DNA from: Vampirovibrionaceae bacterium NZW_1234
Lineage (GTDB): Bacteria > Cyanobacteriota > Vampirovibrionia > Vampirovibrionales > JAGQHJ01
DNA: 64,000 nucleotides
Direction: 5' to 3'
NCBI GenBank assembly: GCA_041697335.1
Contig: JBGUGD010000002.1
Location: forward strand, 160,001-224,000
The notes under the pieces were generated by a model. The model ran no database searches. It was given only the letters and a program-made list of their open reading frames with translations, and had not been told where the DNA came from. A program made the translations under genes and the position numbers. This document shows, piece after piece, positions 10,916 through 20,976 of this stretch (the first letter of the stretch is position 1; each line of letters begins with the position of its first letter).

Positions 10916-11929
10916 TTAATTGTTTGGGTCCAACAGCTGATGAAAGGTTTTGCCGAGGGCTTTTTCTGACTGGGTGACTTCTTTTAAGGCGGTTTTTAAC
11001 TCGCTTTGTGCAATACGGAGTTTGTGCTTGAGTTCGGATACCTGGTCCTGGTGGTGGCGGGAAGTGAAGGTGGCTGCCAAGACTGCCTGTTCCTTGCTTT
11101 TTCCAGTGATGGTATAGATGTAACTGAGACCGTTGCCACAATCTCTGACTCTATCGGCATTGTGGTATTGCTTGGATTGGAACACTTGATAGGCTTTCTT
11201 GAAATGATTTTCGGCTTTGGCCGCATACTCGAGGAACTTCACATCATTCCCAAAGCGACGTTTTGCAGACTTCAACATGCCTGTACTGTAGTCATTCCCA
11301 ATCAGCTCATACTCATAGCCTTTGGCTAATTTAAAGTGGATATCTGCGGTTAGGTTTTCATATTTCTTGCCCTGGGATTCCAGAATGGGAAGGGCTTGGT
11401 AAAAATGCTCTCTTGCCACCTGGAGTCGTTTGAGGGAAATGGCGTTGAATTGCTGATATTGGCCTGGGCTCATTTGAAACTGTACATGGAGTTGCGGGAC
11501 CCTGTTTGCTTCATAGAGTTCAGCCACACGTAAATGGGCTTCAGCCACTTTCGGATGCTTGTTACCGAGATGGGCTTGCCTGATTTGCAAGGCCTTCATA
11601 ATGCGAAACTCATCGCCGGAGAAATTGAACTTGGCTCGCTTCAGCAGTTCGTCAGCGATGGGCAGGCTGTCCGGTGGGCAACGTTTCTCCGTAGCAATGG
11701 CGTGAATTTCCTTTTCCAGGTTTGCCAGACGTGTTTCAGGAGAGATGTTTTGTGGGGAGACCTGAAGTGTTGATGCGCTGTAATCTGTAATGCAATATTC
11801 CGTGAGTGGTTCTCGAACAAGAGGAGCTTTTGGTGCCTCCAGGCTTTTGAACTGAACGGAGGCCGATGTCGGGCGGCGTGTCTGTCTATTCACAAATACG
11901 GGCATTGAGGTCTGAGAATACAGGCGCAT
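10916..11929 (-). CDS. Hypothetical protein with kinesin-light-chain-like TPR helices
   Basis: KALQIRQAHLGNKHPKVAEAHLRVAELY and AREHFYQALPILE resemble TPR_12-type repeats. Confidence 0.6.
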   Translation of the reverse strand: MRLYSQTSMPVFVNRQTRRPTSASVQFKSLEAPKAPLVREPLTEYCITDYSASTLQVSPQNISPETRLANLEKEIHAIATEKRCPPDSLPIADELLKRAKFNFSGDEFRIMKALQIRQAHLGNKHPKVAEAHLRVAELYEANRVPQLHVQFQMSPGQYQQFNAISLKRLQVAREHFYQALPILESQGKKYENLTADIHFKLAKGYEYELIGNDYSTGMLKSAKRRFGNDVKFLEYAAKAENHFKKAYQVFQSKQYHNADRVRDCGNGLSYIYTITGKSKEQAVLAATFTSRHHQDQVSELKHKLRIAQSELKTALKEVTQSEKALGKTFHQLLDPNN

Positions 11930-12127
11930 TACTTATATTTCCCAATTCATTGACGTATTAACTTAACTTGTTGAAAAGGGGAGACAAGGACAAGGATCTG
12001 TATGGGAATATCGTTATAGAGTCTGCCTACCCAGGTTAACTGTTGCAGGTACTGACGAATCGGTTTTGGTATATCGGGATCGAGCCACTTTTTGCCATAC
12101 CCTATAGCGAACATTGTTGCTTGGAAA

Positions 12128-12517
12128 TTAGGACAAGCGCTTTGGGGCGCCTTCACCTGTTTCGAAACGGTCTCGAAGGATTTGAACACCCTTGCCTAAG
12201 GCTGTTGCTAGCCAAAAAATAGCAGTGGAGGGTGTTGAATAACTGCCGACAACCGGCTCAGCCAGGGGGCGCTGATGAGGGTCGATGATGTCGATTGTTA
12301 CAGATTGGGGGGGCGACTGGTCTCGGTTGTGATGCTGAACGTTCAGATGAATACCTTCGGCATCGAGTTGGTTGACAATGCTTGCCAGGGAATGACGTGC
12401 ATTTTGAAAATCCTGAATCAGTTGGGGCCGATGATGAGGATTATAGTCATCTTCATGGGCAATGGTCACTTTGCCAAAACGCGGCAAAGGCATGAGCGAG
12501 GGGGTAATGCGGACCAT
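12128..12517 (-). CDS. Hypothetical protein with N-terminal RFG motif
   Basis: SD AAGGAG upstream; MVRITPSLMPLPRFG. Confidence 0.65.
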   Translation of the reverse strand: MVRITPSLMPLPRFGKVTIAHEDDYNPHHRPQLIQDFQNARHSLASIVNQLDAEGIHLNVQHHNRDQSPPQSVTIDIIDPHQRPLAEPVVGSYSTPSTAIFWLATALGKGVQILRDRFETGEGAPKRLS

Positions 12518-12558
12518 AATAAGGGCTTCTCCTTGAGTTATGTCAACACAATAGCGAG

Positions 12559-13212
12559 CTAATAGGGTTTCTCGGGATTGACATCCGGACGGTATTCAAG
12601 CGGGAGATTGGTGTCAGGGTGAATTCGTGGGCTGAGGCCCCCGATAGTTAGAGCAAAGCGTCGAAGCGCACTTGACATGCCCCCCAAAATACTCGGATCG
12701 TGGGTCTGAGCACTCATCGTTAAGACTTTACCTTGGTGTGTTTCCACCACCTCAGGATTGACCTTCAAGAGTTGCTGACGTCGTAACACTATGGCTGTGG
12801 GGAACAGACGAGGGAAATTGGCAAATTCGGTTTTAGCCTTTTGAATTTCGTTATCACTGGCACGTGAATAAATGCCGAGCTGGAATTCTGCCGTCGGGGT
12901 TTCAGACGGTTCCACCGGAAGCCATCGATGAATGAATGCTTTTAACGGGGCCAGGAGCTTCATATCTTCTTCATCGGTGGTGTGATCGATATACGTGCTC
13001 AGTACACGTCCTGTTGGAGTCTGTTGAATCCTGTACTGGTGTCGAATACTGTACTTTCTTGGTAAAACACTGGTAAAGGCATCCGAGGTCGGCAAGTCAC
13101 GCCAAGCGTCCAGCAGCTGCTTTTCATCCCGCCGTCGAAGGCCTTGAGGAAGTTGGATGCGAAACTCGCCACTACCAAACCTAGTCTTAGAACAAGAATC
13201 ATTTGTTTTCAT
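12559..13212 (-). CDS. Hypothetical protein with N-terminal RFG motif
   Basis: 217-aa ORF; MKTNDSCSKTRFG. Confidence 0.6.
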   Translation of the reverse strand: MKTNDSCSKTRFGSGEFRIQLPQGLRRRDEKQLLDAWRDLPTSDAFTSVLPRKYSIRHQYRIQQTPTGRVLSTYIDHTTDEEDMKLLAPLKAFIHRWLPVEPSETPTAEFQLGIYSRASDNEIQKAKTEFANFPRLFPTAIVLRRQQLLKVNPEVVETHQGKVLTMSAQTHDPSILGGMSSALRRFALTIGGLSPRIHPDTNLPLEYRPDVNPEKPY

Positions 13213-13438
13213 ATTTTGAATTTATCAGAAACGATATGCTGCGTCCCTTCCAAGCCGTGTTTTGAAAGCAGATATTTACGTTTATTCATAAACCCGCATC
13301 ATTTTTCCAGGGTTCGGTTTTATGTATGTCCCTAAGGGACGTGTGCCTTGGGTTGGGAATGTGTGCTAAGTAGACTCTGAGCTTAAGTCTCAGGGCATTT
13401 TGTATGCGTTGATGTAGTAATAATCAATAGGAGTTGAG

Positions 13439-14215
13439 ATGATGCGTTCTATACAATTATCGCCAGCCCTGGCTGGTCAGATGGCTTATTGCAATCGCAT
13501 GCCATTCACACCCAAAGAGCTGGGTTTTCGAAATATACCCGACTCCAAAGTTCTACTCGTTTCAAAAGAGGTGGGTCAGAAGTCCGACCCTGCTGTCCGC
13601 TTTGGATTAGGCCGACGCAGCTTTGTGGGTTTAATGAGTACTTTGGTGGGAGGTATGGTTTTTATCCTCTCCTCACTCATTGTTCCCTCAATCTATCGAC
13701 CTGTGGGGAATACTCCTGAACGTATTGTCTCAACCTTGCCGAAAGCAACGGGACAGGCGATTGATAACATTAAGGTGGCTAATCCCACCGGGAATCCAAC
13801 TTATAGTCAGGTTCAGGAGCAACTAAGGACAGCACACCAACAATTACAGAATGACTGGAAGCCTGGACAGGGTAATGCGATTCCCAATTTAGAAAAACTT
13901 TCACCGGCTGAGCAACGGGCCACCAATGAATCTCTAAACCGGATGCTTCGTTTGGTTCGGTGTCGCCATGCGGGTGACATTGATCTGGCTCGTAAAGAAT
14001 ATATTCGCTGGACCCAGGATGTCCTGGCAACTCGGGTGGATGCTGAAACCCTGCGAGCTGTTCAGGACTATGGCACTGAGGCACTTGGACCTGTGTCCAA
14101 CGAATTTGATGCCCAAGCCAGAGTATGGTTCATCATTGCGGCTGGTATTGGTGTTGCTGTTGCAGGGACGGCGGCCTACAAGCTCAATCGTTGGACAAAA
14201 GATGATGATATCTAG
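13439..14215 (+). CDS. Hypothetical membrane protein (RFG motif, then RR-x-F hydrophobic segment, C-terminal TM)
   Basis: SD AGGAG; ...AVRFGLGRRSFVGLMSTLVGGMVFIL; C-terminal WFIIAAGIGVAVAG. Confidence 0.7.
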   Translation: MMRSIQLSPALAGQMAYCNRMPFTPKELGFRNIPDSKVLLVSKEVGQKSDPAVRFGLGRRSFVGLMSTLVGGMVFILSSLIVPSIYRPVGNTPERIVSTLPKATGQAIDNIKVANPTGNPTYSQVQEQLRTAHQQLQNDWKPGQGNAIPNLEKLSPAEQRATNESLNRMLRLVRCRHAGDIDLARKEYIRWTQDVLATRVDAETLRAVQDYGTEALGPVSNEFDAQARVWFIIAAGIGVAVAGTAAYKLNRWTKDDDI

Positions 14216-14230
14216 ACTGCGATAAATATG

Positions 14231-14266
14231 AAAAGCACCTGGGTTAAGGTAACCCAGGTGCTTTTT
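14231..14266. terminator. Bidirectional intrinsic terminator
   Basis: AAAAGCACCTGGGTTA-AGG-TAACCCAGGTGCTTTTT. Confidence 0.9.
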
Positions 14267-14283
14267 GCTTTAAAAAGCTGCGA

Positions 14284-15819
14284 CTATTGCACAGGATCGA
14301 TTTGAGCCCGTTGCAGTTTATCACTGTAGTCGATGTAAACGGCCTTCCACTCGGTAAAGATGTCGAGGCATGCCTCGGCAGCTTCGCGGTGGCCATTGCC
14401 GGTATTTTTGGTACCGCCAAAGGGCAAGTGGACTTCGGCTCCAATGGTCGGTGCATTGACGTAGGTTAAGCCGGAATCCAGGTCGCGAACAGCTTGGAAG
14501 GCTTTGTTAACGTCCTTGGTGTAGATGGCAGTAGACAAGCCGAACTCAATGCCGTTGGCCACGTTGATGGCTTCTTGCAAGTCGTTCACTTCGATGACGG
14601 CAGTGACCGGCCCGAAGATCTCTTCCTGTGCAATACGCATGGTAGGCTTCACGTTGTCAAAGATGGTGGGTTGGAAGAACCAGCCAGGGCCAGCCTCAGG
14701 TGCGCGTTTGCCACCAAAGACCAGAGTAGCACCATCTTCCTGCTGACCGATTTGAACGTATTTTTCGATCTTCTTCAAGGAGGACTCGTTAATGACCGGG
14801 CCCACGTCCACTCCGGCATCCAGACCGTAGCCGAGTTTTAGCGTTTCAGCCCGCTTCACGAGGCGTTCAACCAGCTCTTTATGAATCCCTTTTTGAACAA
14901 TAACCCGGCTGGCTGCGGTGCAACGCTGACCGGCTGTCCCAAAAGCACCCCAAATGATGCCATCGACAGCCAACTCTAGGTTGGCGTCATCCAGAACGAT
15001 GATGGCGTTTTTACCGCCCATTTCCAGGGAAACTCGCTTGAAGGTGGGGGCGCACTTTTCGTTGACGTGGCGACCCACTTCGCAGGAGCCGGTGAAAGAT
15101 ACTAGGCGAACATCAGGGTGTTCCAAGATGGCATCACCTACGGCACCACCGCCACCGGTGACCATGTTCAGAACACCCGGGGGCAGGCCGGCTTCTTCCA
15201 GAATTTCTACAAAGCGTGTGGCTACAAGGGGTGTATCGCTGGCTGGCTTAAAGACCACGGTGTTACCACAGACCAGAGCCGGAGCAATTTTCCAGCTGGG
15301 AATAGCCATCGGGAAATTCCAGGGGGTGATACAACCAACCACGCCCAAAGGCACGCGCACTGACATGGCCCATTTGTTTTTCAATTCTGAGGGAGTCGTT
15401 TGTCCGAACAGGCGACGGCCTTCGCCAGCAGCGTAAAAGACCATGTCAATTACTTCCTGGATATCGCCGCGGGCTTCAGCAATAACTTTACCCATTTCAC
15501 GGGTCAGCTCACGAGACAGCTCTTCTTTACGCTCGATGAAAAGCTGGCCTGCTTTGAAAAGGATTTCTGCCCGACGGGGTGCCGGGGTTAAGCGCCATTC
15601 TTCATAAGCCTTTTTTGCGGCTGCAACGGCTTCATCCACGTCTTCCTTACCAGAAGCCGGGAAAATACCTACCACATCCGACGGATTAGCCGGGTTGGTG
15701 CTTTGGAAAGTTTTACCGGATTTGGCCGGTTGCCATTTGCCGTTAATAAAATTCTTAAATTCTGGCGGGTTGCCGGTTTTACCCGTGGTTTCACCAGCAA
15801 CAGTCTGCGTTCCAACCAT
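14284..15819 (-). CDS. NAD-dependent aldehyde dehydrogenase
   Basis: ITPWNFP, KPAS, FTGS, LEMGGKN, GQRCTA (catalytic Cys), EEIFGPV; start set by SD AAGGAG spacing. Confidence 0.95.
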   Translation of the reverse strand: MVGTQTVAGETTGKTGNPPEFKNFINGKWQPAKSGKTFQSTNPANPSDVVGIFPASGKEDVDEAVAAAKKAYEEWRLTPAPRRAEILFKAGQLFIERKEELSRELTREMGKVIAEARGDIQEVIDMVFYAAGEGRRLFGQTTPSELKNKWAMSVRVPLGVVGCITPWNFPMAIPSWKIAPALVCGNTVVFKPASDTPLVATRFVEILEEAGLPPGVLNMVTGGGGAVGDAILEHPDVRLVSFTGSCEVGRHVNEKCAPTFKRVSLEMGGKNAIIVLDDANLELAVDGIIWGAFGTAGQRCTAASRVIVQKGIHKELVERLVKRAETLKLGYGLDAGVDVGPVINESSLKKIEKYVQIGQQEDGATLVFGGKRAPEAGPGWFFQPTIFDNVKPTMRIAQEEIFGPVTAVIEVNDLQEAINVANGIEFGLSTAIYTKDVNKAFQAVRDLDSGLTYVNAPTIGAEVHLPFGGTKNTGNGHREAAEACLDIFTEWKAVYIDYSDKLQRAQIDPVQ

Positions 15820-16094
15820 GGTTACCATTCTCCTTAAAAAATACACGTGTACTCGAAAAATTCGACAGGCACATTGTACTGTAAAGGCACCCCGGTATCA
15901 AAATGATTCTCCTATCTCGGTTGTTGTTTAACTATATAATTACTTTTGTAATCAAATATGGCTTTAAGTTTTGTGTTTGATGGTGTGTCGGGGACTCTTG
16001 AGCGATTGGAGAAAAGGCTCGCCGAAATGCTTTAACACTCATTCTTTAATTGTTAACATGGGCTGTTCTGTTACTGTGAGATAGTTATTCTGGA

Positions 16095-16910
16095 TTAAGG
16101 GGTGGTATGGATGTCTTCAATTTGAATGGGCTTTTTGGGGTCTCTGAGAGTACTGGTGTCGAAAAACTGCTCGTTCATTGCGCCCGAAAAGCAGTTTTCA
16201 AAGATGCACACCGTATGATCGAATGCCTGGGAAGCATCCACAATCGGCTTAAAGACATCCTGTTCATGGACCAAGTGACTTTTCCGCCATCCCATCCGCT
16301 CCTCCTTGTTCCGATTTTGGAAGAGGAGAACGCTTTCCATATTGGGATCGGTATTTGGCATTTGAGGCGTATTTGCTTCATTGCTACTGGTGCACACATT
16401 TTGAGGCTTTTTGATACTCGAACGCAGGACTGTTCCATGCATGGTGGAATCTACAATTAAATGATCTCCCTCTTCTGTTTTGCCTCGTGTTTTGGCATCT
16501 GATAGATGCTTTTCAAATTCCTCGAAGGTATCGGCGGTTTTCACCTCGTATCCTAGCCCTTCATAGCGTTCGGTTTTTTCTTCGAGGCCTTTTTCAAACA
16601 TTGCCTTCTCGCTCGCATCATTGGGTTGACCGGCGACCAGGATGGCCGTGCCTTTGTTTTTACGATTTGGATTTGCAACCGTGTCAGGCAGAGGAGCCCC
16701 GTAGCTCTGCGGTGTTTGTGGGCTCTCAATCAACGACTCCGGAAACCCCTTTTGTTGAATGTCTTCATGGGCCTGTTTTAAGCTATGCCCATTCCGAATA
16801 CGTTCTGTTAGTGCACCGGAATAAACACCGCCGTGTTCATAATCCCCATGGGAGATTTGGTTAGGCTGGCTGGCAGTGAGAATCGAAATGCGGGGTGTGA
16901 CTTTATCCAT
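16095..16910 (-). CDS. Circularly permuted caspase/metacaspase-like (clan CD) protease, copy A
   Basis: p10-like N-half (ILTAS...GGVYSGAL...QTPQ) precedes p20-like half (AILVAG...LGYEV...DHLIVDSTMHG...CIFENCFSG); SD GAGGAG before ATG 16910. Confidence 0.7.
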   Translation of the reverse strand: MDKVTPRISILTASQPNQISHGDYEHGGVYSGALTERIRNGHSLKQAHEDIQQKGFPESLIESPQTPQSYGAPLPDTVANPNRKNKGTAILVAGQPNDASEKAMFEKGLEEKTERYEGLGYEVKTADTFEEFEKHLSDAKTRGKTEEGDHLIVDSTMHGTVLRSSIKKPQNVCTSSNEANTPQMPNTDPNMESVLLFQNRNKEERMGWRKSHLVHEQDVFKPIVDASQAFDHTVCIFENCFSGAMNEQFFDTSTLRDPKKPIQIEDIHTTP

Positions 16911-17015
16911 AGCAATGCTCCTCTTGTATATTCCGTGGAAACGAACTAATAGAAACATCACTTTGATAATACTAATAGAAGAAAGCCGTTTGGTGGCATA
17001 TTTAGAAGAGTAATC

Positions 17016-17813
17016 TTACGGGCTCCTGTAAATATCGTCGTATTTGATGGGAGGTGTCGGCTGATTGGTTTCGGATTGCAGAAACTGATCGTTGAGAGCG
17101 CCCGAATAGCAACTGTCAAAAATACAAACGGTATGATCGAAAGATTCAGCTGCATCGACGATGGGTTTAAAGACATCCCGCTCATGTACAAGATTGCTAT
17201 CCTTTAATCCAAACTGTCTTGTCTCGTCTGGGTTTCTGAAAAGCAGGACCCCTTCCTGATTGGGATTTGGTGAGGGTGGTCTGGTAGCGGACGGTGATGT
17301 ACCGCTGATACTGGAGTTCAGCACGCTGCCATGCATGGAGGCATCTACAATCAGGTGATCGTTCTCTTCGGTGGCACCCCGGGCTTTTGCATCTGACAGG
17401 TGTTTCTTGAATTCGTCAAACGTTTCTGCTGTTTTGACTTGATATCCCAGACTTTCGTAAAGAGTGGTTTTTGTTTTGACATCGTTTAGAAATTTATCTT
17501 TATCCGCTGCGTGTTTGGTTTGGCCGGTGACTACAATGGCAGTGCCTTTGTTTTTGCTACTTGGGTTTGCGACTTCGTTAGGAACGGGTAAGCCATAGCT
17601 TTGGGGGCGCTGGTTGAGCGTTTCGTCGGGTTTGATTCCCTGCAAGCCACTTTGTACCAACTCCTGGTGGGCTTGTTTCAGGGGGTGTCCGTTTTGAATG
17701 CGTTCTGCCAGGGCTTGTGAATAAAGCCCGCCGTTGCCGTCACTGCGGTGATTTGCGACGCGATGTGGTTCACTGGCAGTCAGCACGGAAATTTTGGGAA
17801 ACGTTGGTTCCAC
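17016..17813 (-). CDS. Circularly permuted caspase/metacaspase-like protease, copy B (tandem paralog)
   Basis: VLTAS...GGLYSQAL...QRPQ then AIVVTG...LGYQV...DASMHG...CIFDSCYSG; likely GTG start 17813 after AAGGGA. Confidence 0.7.
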   Translation of the reverse strand: MEPTFPKISVLTASEPHRVANHRSDGNGGLYSQALAERIQNGHPLKQAHQELVQSGLQGIKPDETLNQRPQSYGLPVPNEVANPSSKNKGTAIVVTGQTKHAADKDKFLNDVKTKTTLYESLGYQVKTAETFDEFKKHLSDAKARGATEENDHLIVDASMHGSVLNSSISGTSPSATRPPSPNPNQEGVLLFRNPDETRQFGLKDSNLVHERDVFKPIVDAAESFDHTVCIFDSCYSGALNDQFLQSETNQPTPPIKYDDIYRSP

Positions 17814-18056
17814 AGCCAAATCCCTTTTAGTCAACCTGTCTACGCTAACGGTATATAGACATGAAAACGAAATATTGATGTTTTTTTATTAACATAGTGT
17901 TAATGTGCGGTAATGATGGCTGGAGTGGGCTTTTCAAGACAATTAAGGCACGTACTTGGGTATTTGCTAAGGAAAGCTGTTGGCTACGAGACCTGTGCAT
18001 GCATTAGACACAGCTTATTCTAAGGAGAATATCTAATACATTCCAGGCAGTGATGG

Positions 18057-18310
18057 CTAATCTTTTATGAAACTATGGATGATTTCGAGTACCTGTGGGC
18101 CTGCATGCTCGACAAGGTGTCGTGAGAGAACTTTGTCCCGAGCTCTATCGCCCAGTTGTCTGCACAGATCGGGATTATCCTGAAGAAGGCAAATTTTTTG
18201 CAGGTAAGTTTCCAAGTCCAAATATGGAACTAACAATCCTGCATCAGACTCAACCAACTCTTTGGTACCATTTCCTTTATCAAAACATATAATAGGGTTG
18301 CCAAAATAGC
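18057..18310 (-). pseudogene. C-terminal remnant of a GT4 glycosyltransferase
   Basis: Reads GNPIICFDKGNGTKELVESDAGLLVPYLD...LGDRARDKV, a typical GT4 C-terminal half; upstream in-frame TAA and no N-terminal domain. Confidence 0.65.
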
Positions 18311-18502
18311 ATTTAGGGGGAGACTTTTAACTATGGTACGGGCTCAAGACCTTAGGGGAAAGATATCCAGTAACGTAAATGTAAATATAAAAATAAGTCT
18401 GTCTGATCTGTCTGAATTGATTCATAAGATTAATATTGGTTCAAATGCAAAATAAAATTACGAAGATCTTGGTAGGGATTTTGTTGTATCAATAAGCATA
18501 AC

Positions 18503-19567
18503 TTATACGATTTTTTGTTTATTCTTTGCTGGAAACAAATCATAAAGAATATTAAGTCGGGTGAAAGCATAATTATGTTGGCCAATGGTTAGTATTTCTT
18601 TGAATACCAAAAACCACCGCTTCCAAGTTAGTGAGGGAAGGCTTGTCAGTGTTTGCAAATGGTTGATGCGCTTATCTAAAATCAATTGTTTTTCCTGAGA
18701 GAAAAAGAACTCTGTTTGAGAAAGTAATTTTGCCTTAATGCTTTGTAGTTGGTTGAGCTGGTTAGTTTTTGCTGTCTCATATTTGTTCTTTTCTTTGGTG
18801 TAATCCGTTAGAAAGAAACTAAGCACTCGCAAGGCACGAGTTATAACAGTGTTTTTATGTCCTGCCCCGCCAAGATTTGAGTCATGTTGACGGTAATAAA
18901 GAAGGGGTTTGTCTATTATTCTGCAAGGAGCCACAGCGCTAACCATAATAGTAATCCACTGATCAGAAGCAATGCCACCTTCTAGAGTTCCCTTTGAAGT
19001 TATATGGCAAGGCATAGGGATTATTAGAGGCTCAAAACATTTTTTGAACGCTAGTGTTGCACCATAAGCATTTGGATTGAAAATTGCAGTAAAGAAATAG
19101 TCGTTATTATGATCTTTACTCCGGTTGAGATTTTTTGACGAGGCGTATTGAAAAACTTCTCCAAGAGAATTCTTACAAGTTGAGTCTGTAATAATCGCAT
19201 TACTAAAAACGAAGCCAATATCAGGATGATTTTCAAACTCATCCAGTATTCGAGCAATTCGGTCAGGGAGCATAACATCATCGGCATCGAGATTGATGAG
19301 GATATCGCCTTGAGCAGCTTTAATAATGTTGTTGAGTGTTGAAGAAAGTCCTCTATTTTCAACATTTTTTAAGATCTTAACGGGAAAAGGTGCCTGAGAA
19401 GAAAAGGCTTCCAGGATGTCTAGGGTTTTATCAGTAGAGCCATCGTCGCAAACAACAAATTCATCGGGCAATATAGTTTGCCCCAATAAACTATTTAGCT
19501 GCTCTTCCAAGAACTTTTCAGCATTGTAGGCAGCCATAATTGCAGAGATATTGTATCGATTACTCAT
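18503..19567 (-). CDS. Glycosyltransferase family 2
   Basis: AAYNAEKFL..QLNSL, VCDDGSTDKT, LDADD, YYRQHDSN; AT-rich. Confidence 0.92.
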   Translation of the reverse strand: MSNRYNISAIMAAYNAEKFLEEQLNSLLGQTILPDEFVVCDDGSTDKTLDILEAFSSQAPFPVKILKNVENRGLSSTLNNIIKAAQGDILINLDADDVMLPDRIARILDEFENHPDIGFVFSNAIITDSTCKNSLGEVFQYASSKNLNRSKDHNNDYFFTAIFNPNAYGATLAFKKCFEPLIIPMPCHITSKGTLEGGIASDQWITIMVSAVAPCRIIDKPLLYYRQHDSNLGGAGHKNTVITRALRVLSFFLTDYTKEKNKYETAKTNQLNQLQSIKAKLLSQTEFFFSQEKQLILDKRINHLQTLTSLPSLTWKRWFLVFKEILTIGQHNYAFTRLNILYDLFPAKNKQKIV

Positions 19568-19760
19568 GAAGGCAATTTGATAAAGTCATTACAAACCAAG
19601 CTGGTTCGGGAACGCTAAATTTAGCGTAACTTTATTATACTAGCTTTATCTTTATTCTATAGAACGATTGCGTGTTCTTTTGGTTGTCCTGAAGTTAAGG
19701 GGTATATTCTGTGTATATGTAACAAACTATTACAACTTCTATATTAGATTGGATGAATTA

Positions 19761-19789
19761 AGCAATCTTGTCATTTATTTTGTTTTTAT
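19761..19789 (+). promoter_or_regulatory. Recurring promoter-like motif AGCAA-N16-GTTTTTAT
   Basis: Same two elements and 16-nt spacing at six loci in this window. Confidence 0.5.
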
Positions 19790-19828
19790 ATTCATATAGG
19801 AATATACAGAGTTAATGGAGAAGCTAAC

Positions 19829-20911
19829 ATGTCTCTTGCTGCCAATATTCGTGGCAACCAAAGTTATCAGGCTGTTCCCTGGAACACGGGTGCATTTCCC
19901 AATTCACGGGCTGTTGCCGAATTTACCGGTCCTTTTGGTGTAGGTCAAGGCTTTATTAAAAACGGTGGTACGATTTCGATGGGTCCTGGTGGCCTCTCGA
20001 CTGAAGTGTCTTTTGCCCCCGGTTACTTTGCAACCCCGGCAAACACTGCGAACGGCTTAGGCTTGGCGTCGCCTTTTGCGACTACTAACAATTATCTCGA
20101 CCAGATTGGTCAAAACAGTTTCGGTATGAACAACCCCTACAGTCCGCTGTATGGGACGCCATATGATGTTCCCAATAGCGTTCTGGCGCTGGGTTCTTTC
20201 GGTGGCTACCAGGATGCATTCAGTCCTTACAGTGGCAGTGGTGTTCCCTCCCTCGATAATGGTTTTGGTAGTTTCGGCCCAACCGGCGGTGTACCCGGCT
20301 TTGGTGGCGCCCCCGGTGGTTTCGGTGGCGTGCCCGGCTTTGGGGGTGCTCCTGGCGGCTTTGCCGGCGCTCCTGGTTTCGGTGGCGCTCCCGGCGGTTT
20401 CGGTGGTCCTTCCGGCTTCGGAGGTGCTAACGCATTCGCTGGTGCTCCCGGTGGTTTTGGCGGTCCTTCTGGATTCCCCAGACCCGGTGGCGGTGGCGTT
20501 CCTGCCCAAAGCTTCCCTAATCTTTACAATAACCCTGCGATTTTTGGACGAGTTCCCAATAACGTTATTCCCGGTATTGGCCAGTCCTTTGTTCAACGTG
20601 GTGGTGGCTTCCAGAATAATGTTAACCTGGTTGAAGATGGTGTCGGTAGACTTCTGCTTCAATCCCAGGCAGATCCAAACACCCCGGTTACAACCCGTGG
20701 TGCCGGTGGTTACCTCAGAACGCCCTTCGGTATCTTTGAGACCGGAGTGGGCTGGTTGGGTGGTAACGCCAACGCAGGTATCCTGGGTGCGCAGGCATCC
20801 GGTATGGCTTGGGCGAAAGTCCGCAGTGCGGTTAACCCAGCGATTATTACCGGATATGCGAATCCCTTCTATAACAACTACAACTTTAACCAAGGCTTCA
20901 CCAACGCTTAA
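19829..20911 (+). CDS. Gly/Phe/Asn-rich low-complexity protein with GFGGAP repeats
   Basis: SD GGAG, strongly biased GGT/GGC/TTC codon use, terminator downstream. Confidence 0.8.
   Translation: MSLAANIRGNQSYQAVPWNTGAFPNSRAVAEFTGPFGVGQGFIKNGGTISMGPGGLSTEVSFAPGYFATPANTANGLGLASPFATTNNYLDQIGQNSFGMNNPYSPLYGTPYDVPNSVLALGSFGGYQDAFSPYSGSGVPSLDNGFGSFGPTGGVPGFGGAPGGFGGVPGFGGAPGGFAGAPGFGGAPGGFGGPSGFGGANAFAGAPGGFGGPSGFPRPGGGGVPAQSFPNLYNNPAIFGRVPNNVIPGIGQSFVQRGGGFQNNVNLVEDGVGRLLLQSQADPNTPVTTRGAGGYLRTPFGIFETGVGWLGGNANAGILGAQASGMAWAKVRSAVNPAIITGYANPFYNNYNFNQGFTNA
20297..20480 (+). repeat. Coding GFGG(A/V)PG tandem repeats
   Basis: GFGGAPGGFGGVPGFGGAPGGFAGAPGFGGAPGGFGGPSGFGG... Confidence 0.8.
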
Positions 20912-20934
20912 GCCACGGTTAAGCAAGAGACATC

Positions 20935-20962
20935 AAAAGGCCAACCGATCGGTTGGCCTTTT
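20935..20962 (+). terminator. Intrinsic terminator (perfect palindrome)
   Basis: AAAAGGCCAACCGATCGGTTGGCCTTTT. Confidence 0.85.
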
Positions 20963-20976
20963 ATATGTATTGAAAT

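Noticed and set aside
11947..12189. 80-aa ORF between two orphan genes
   Set aside because: Overlaps the upstream gene, has no SD and no motif.
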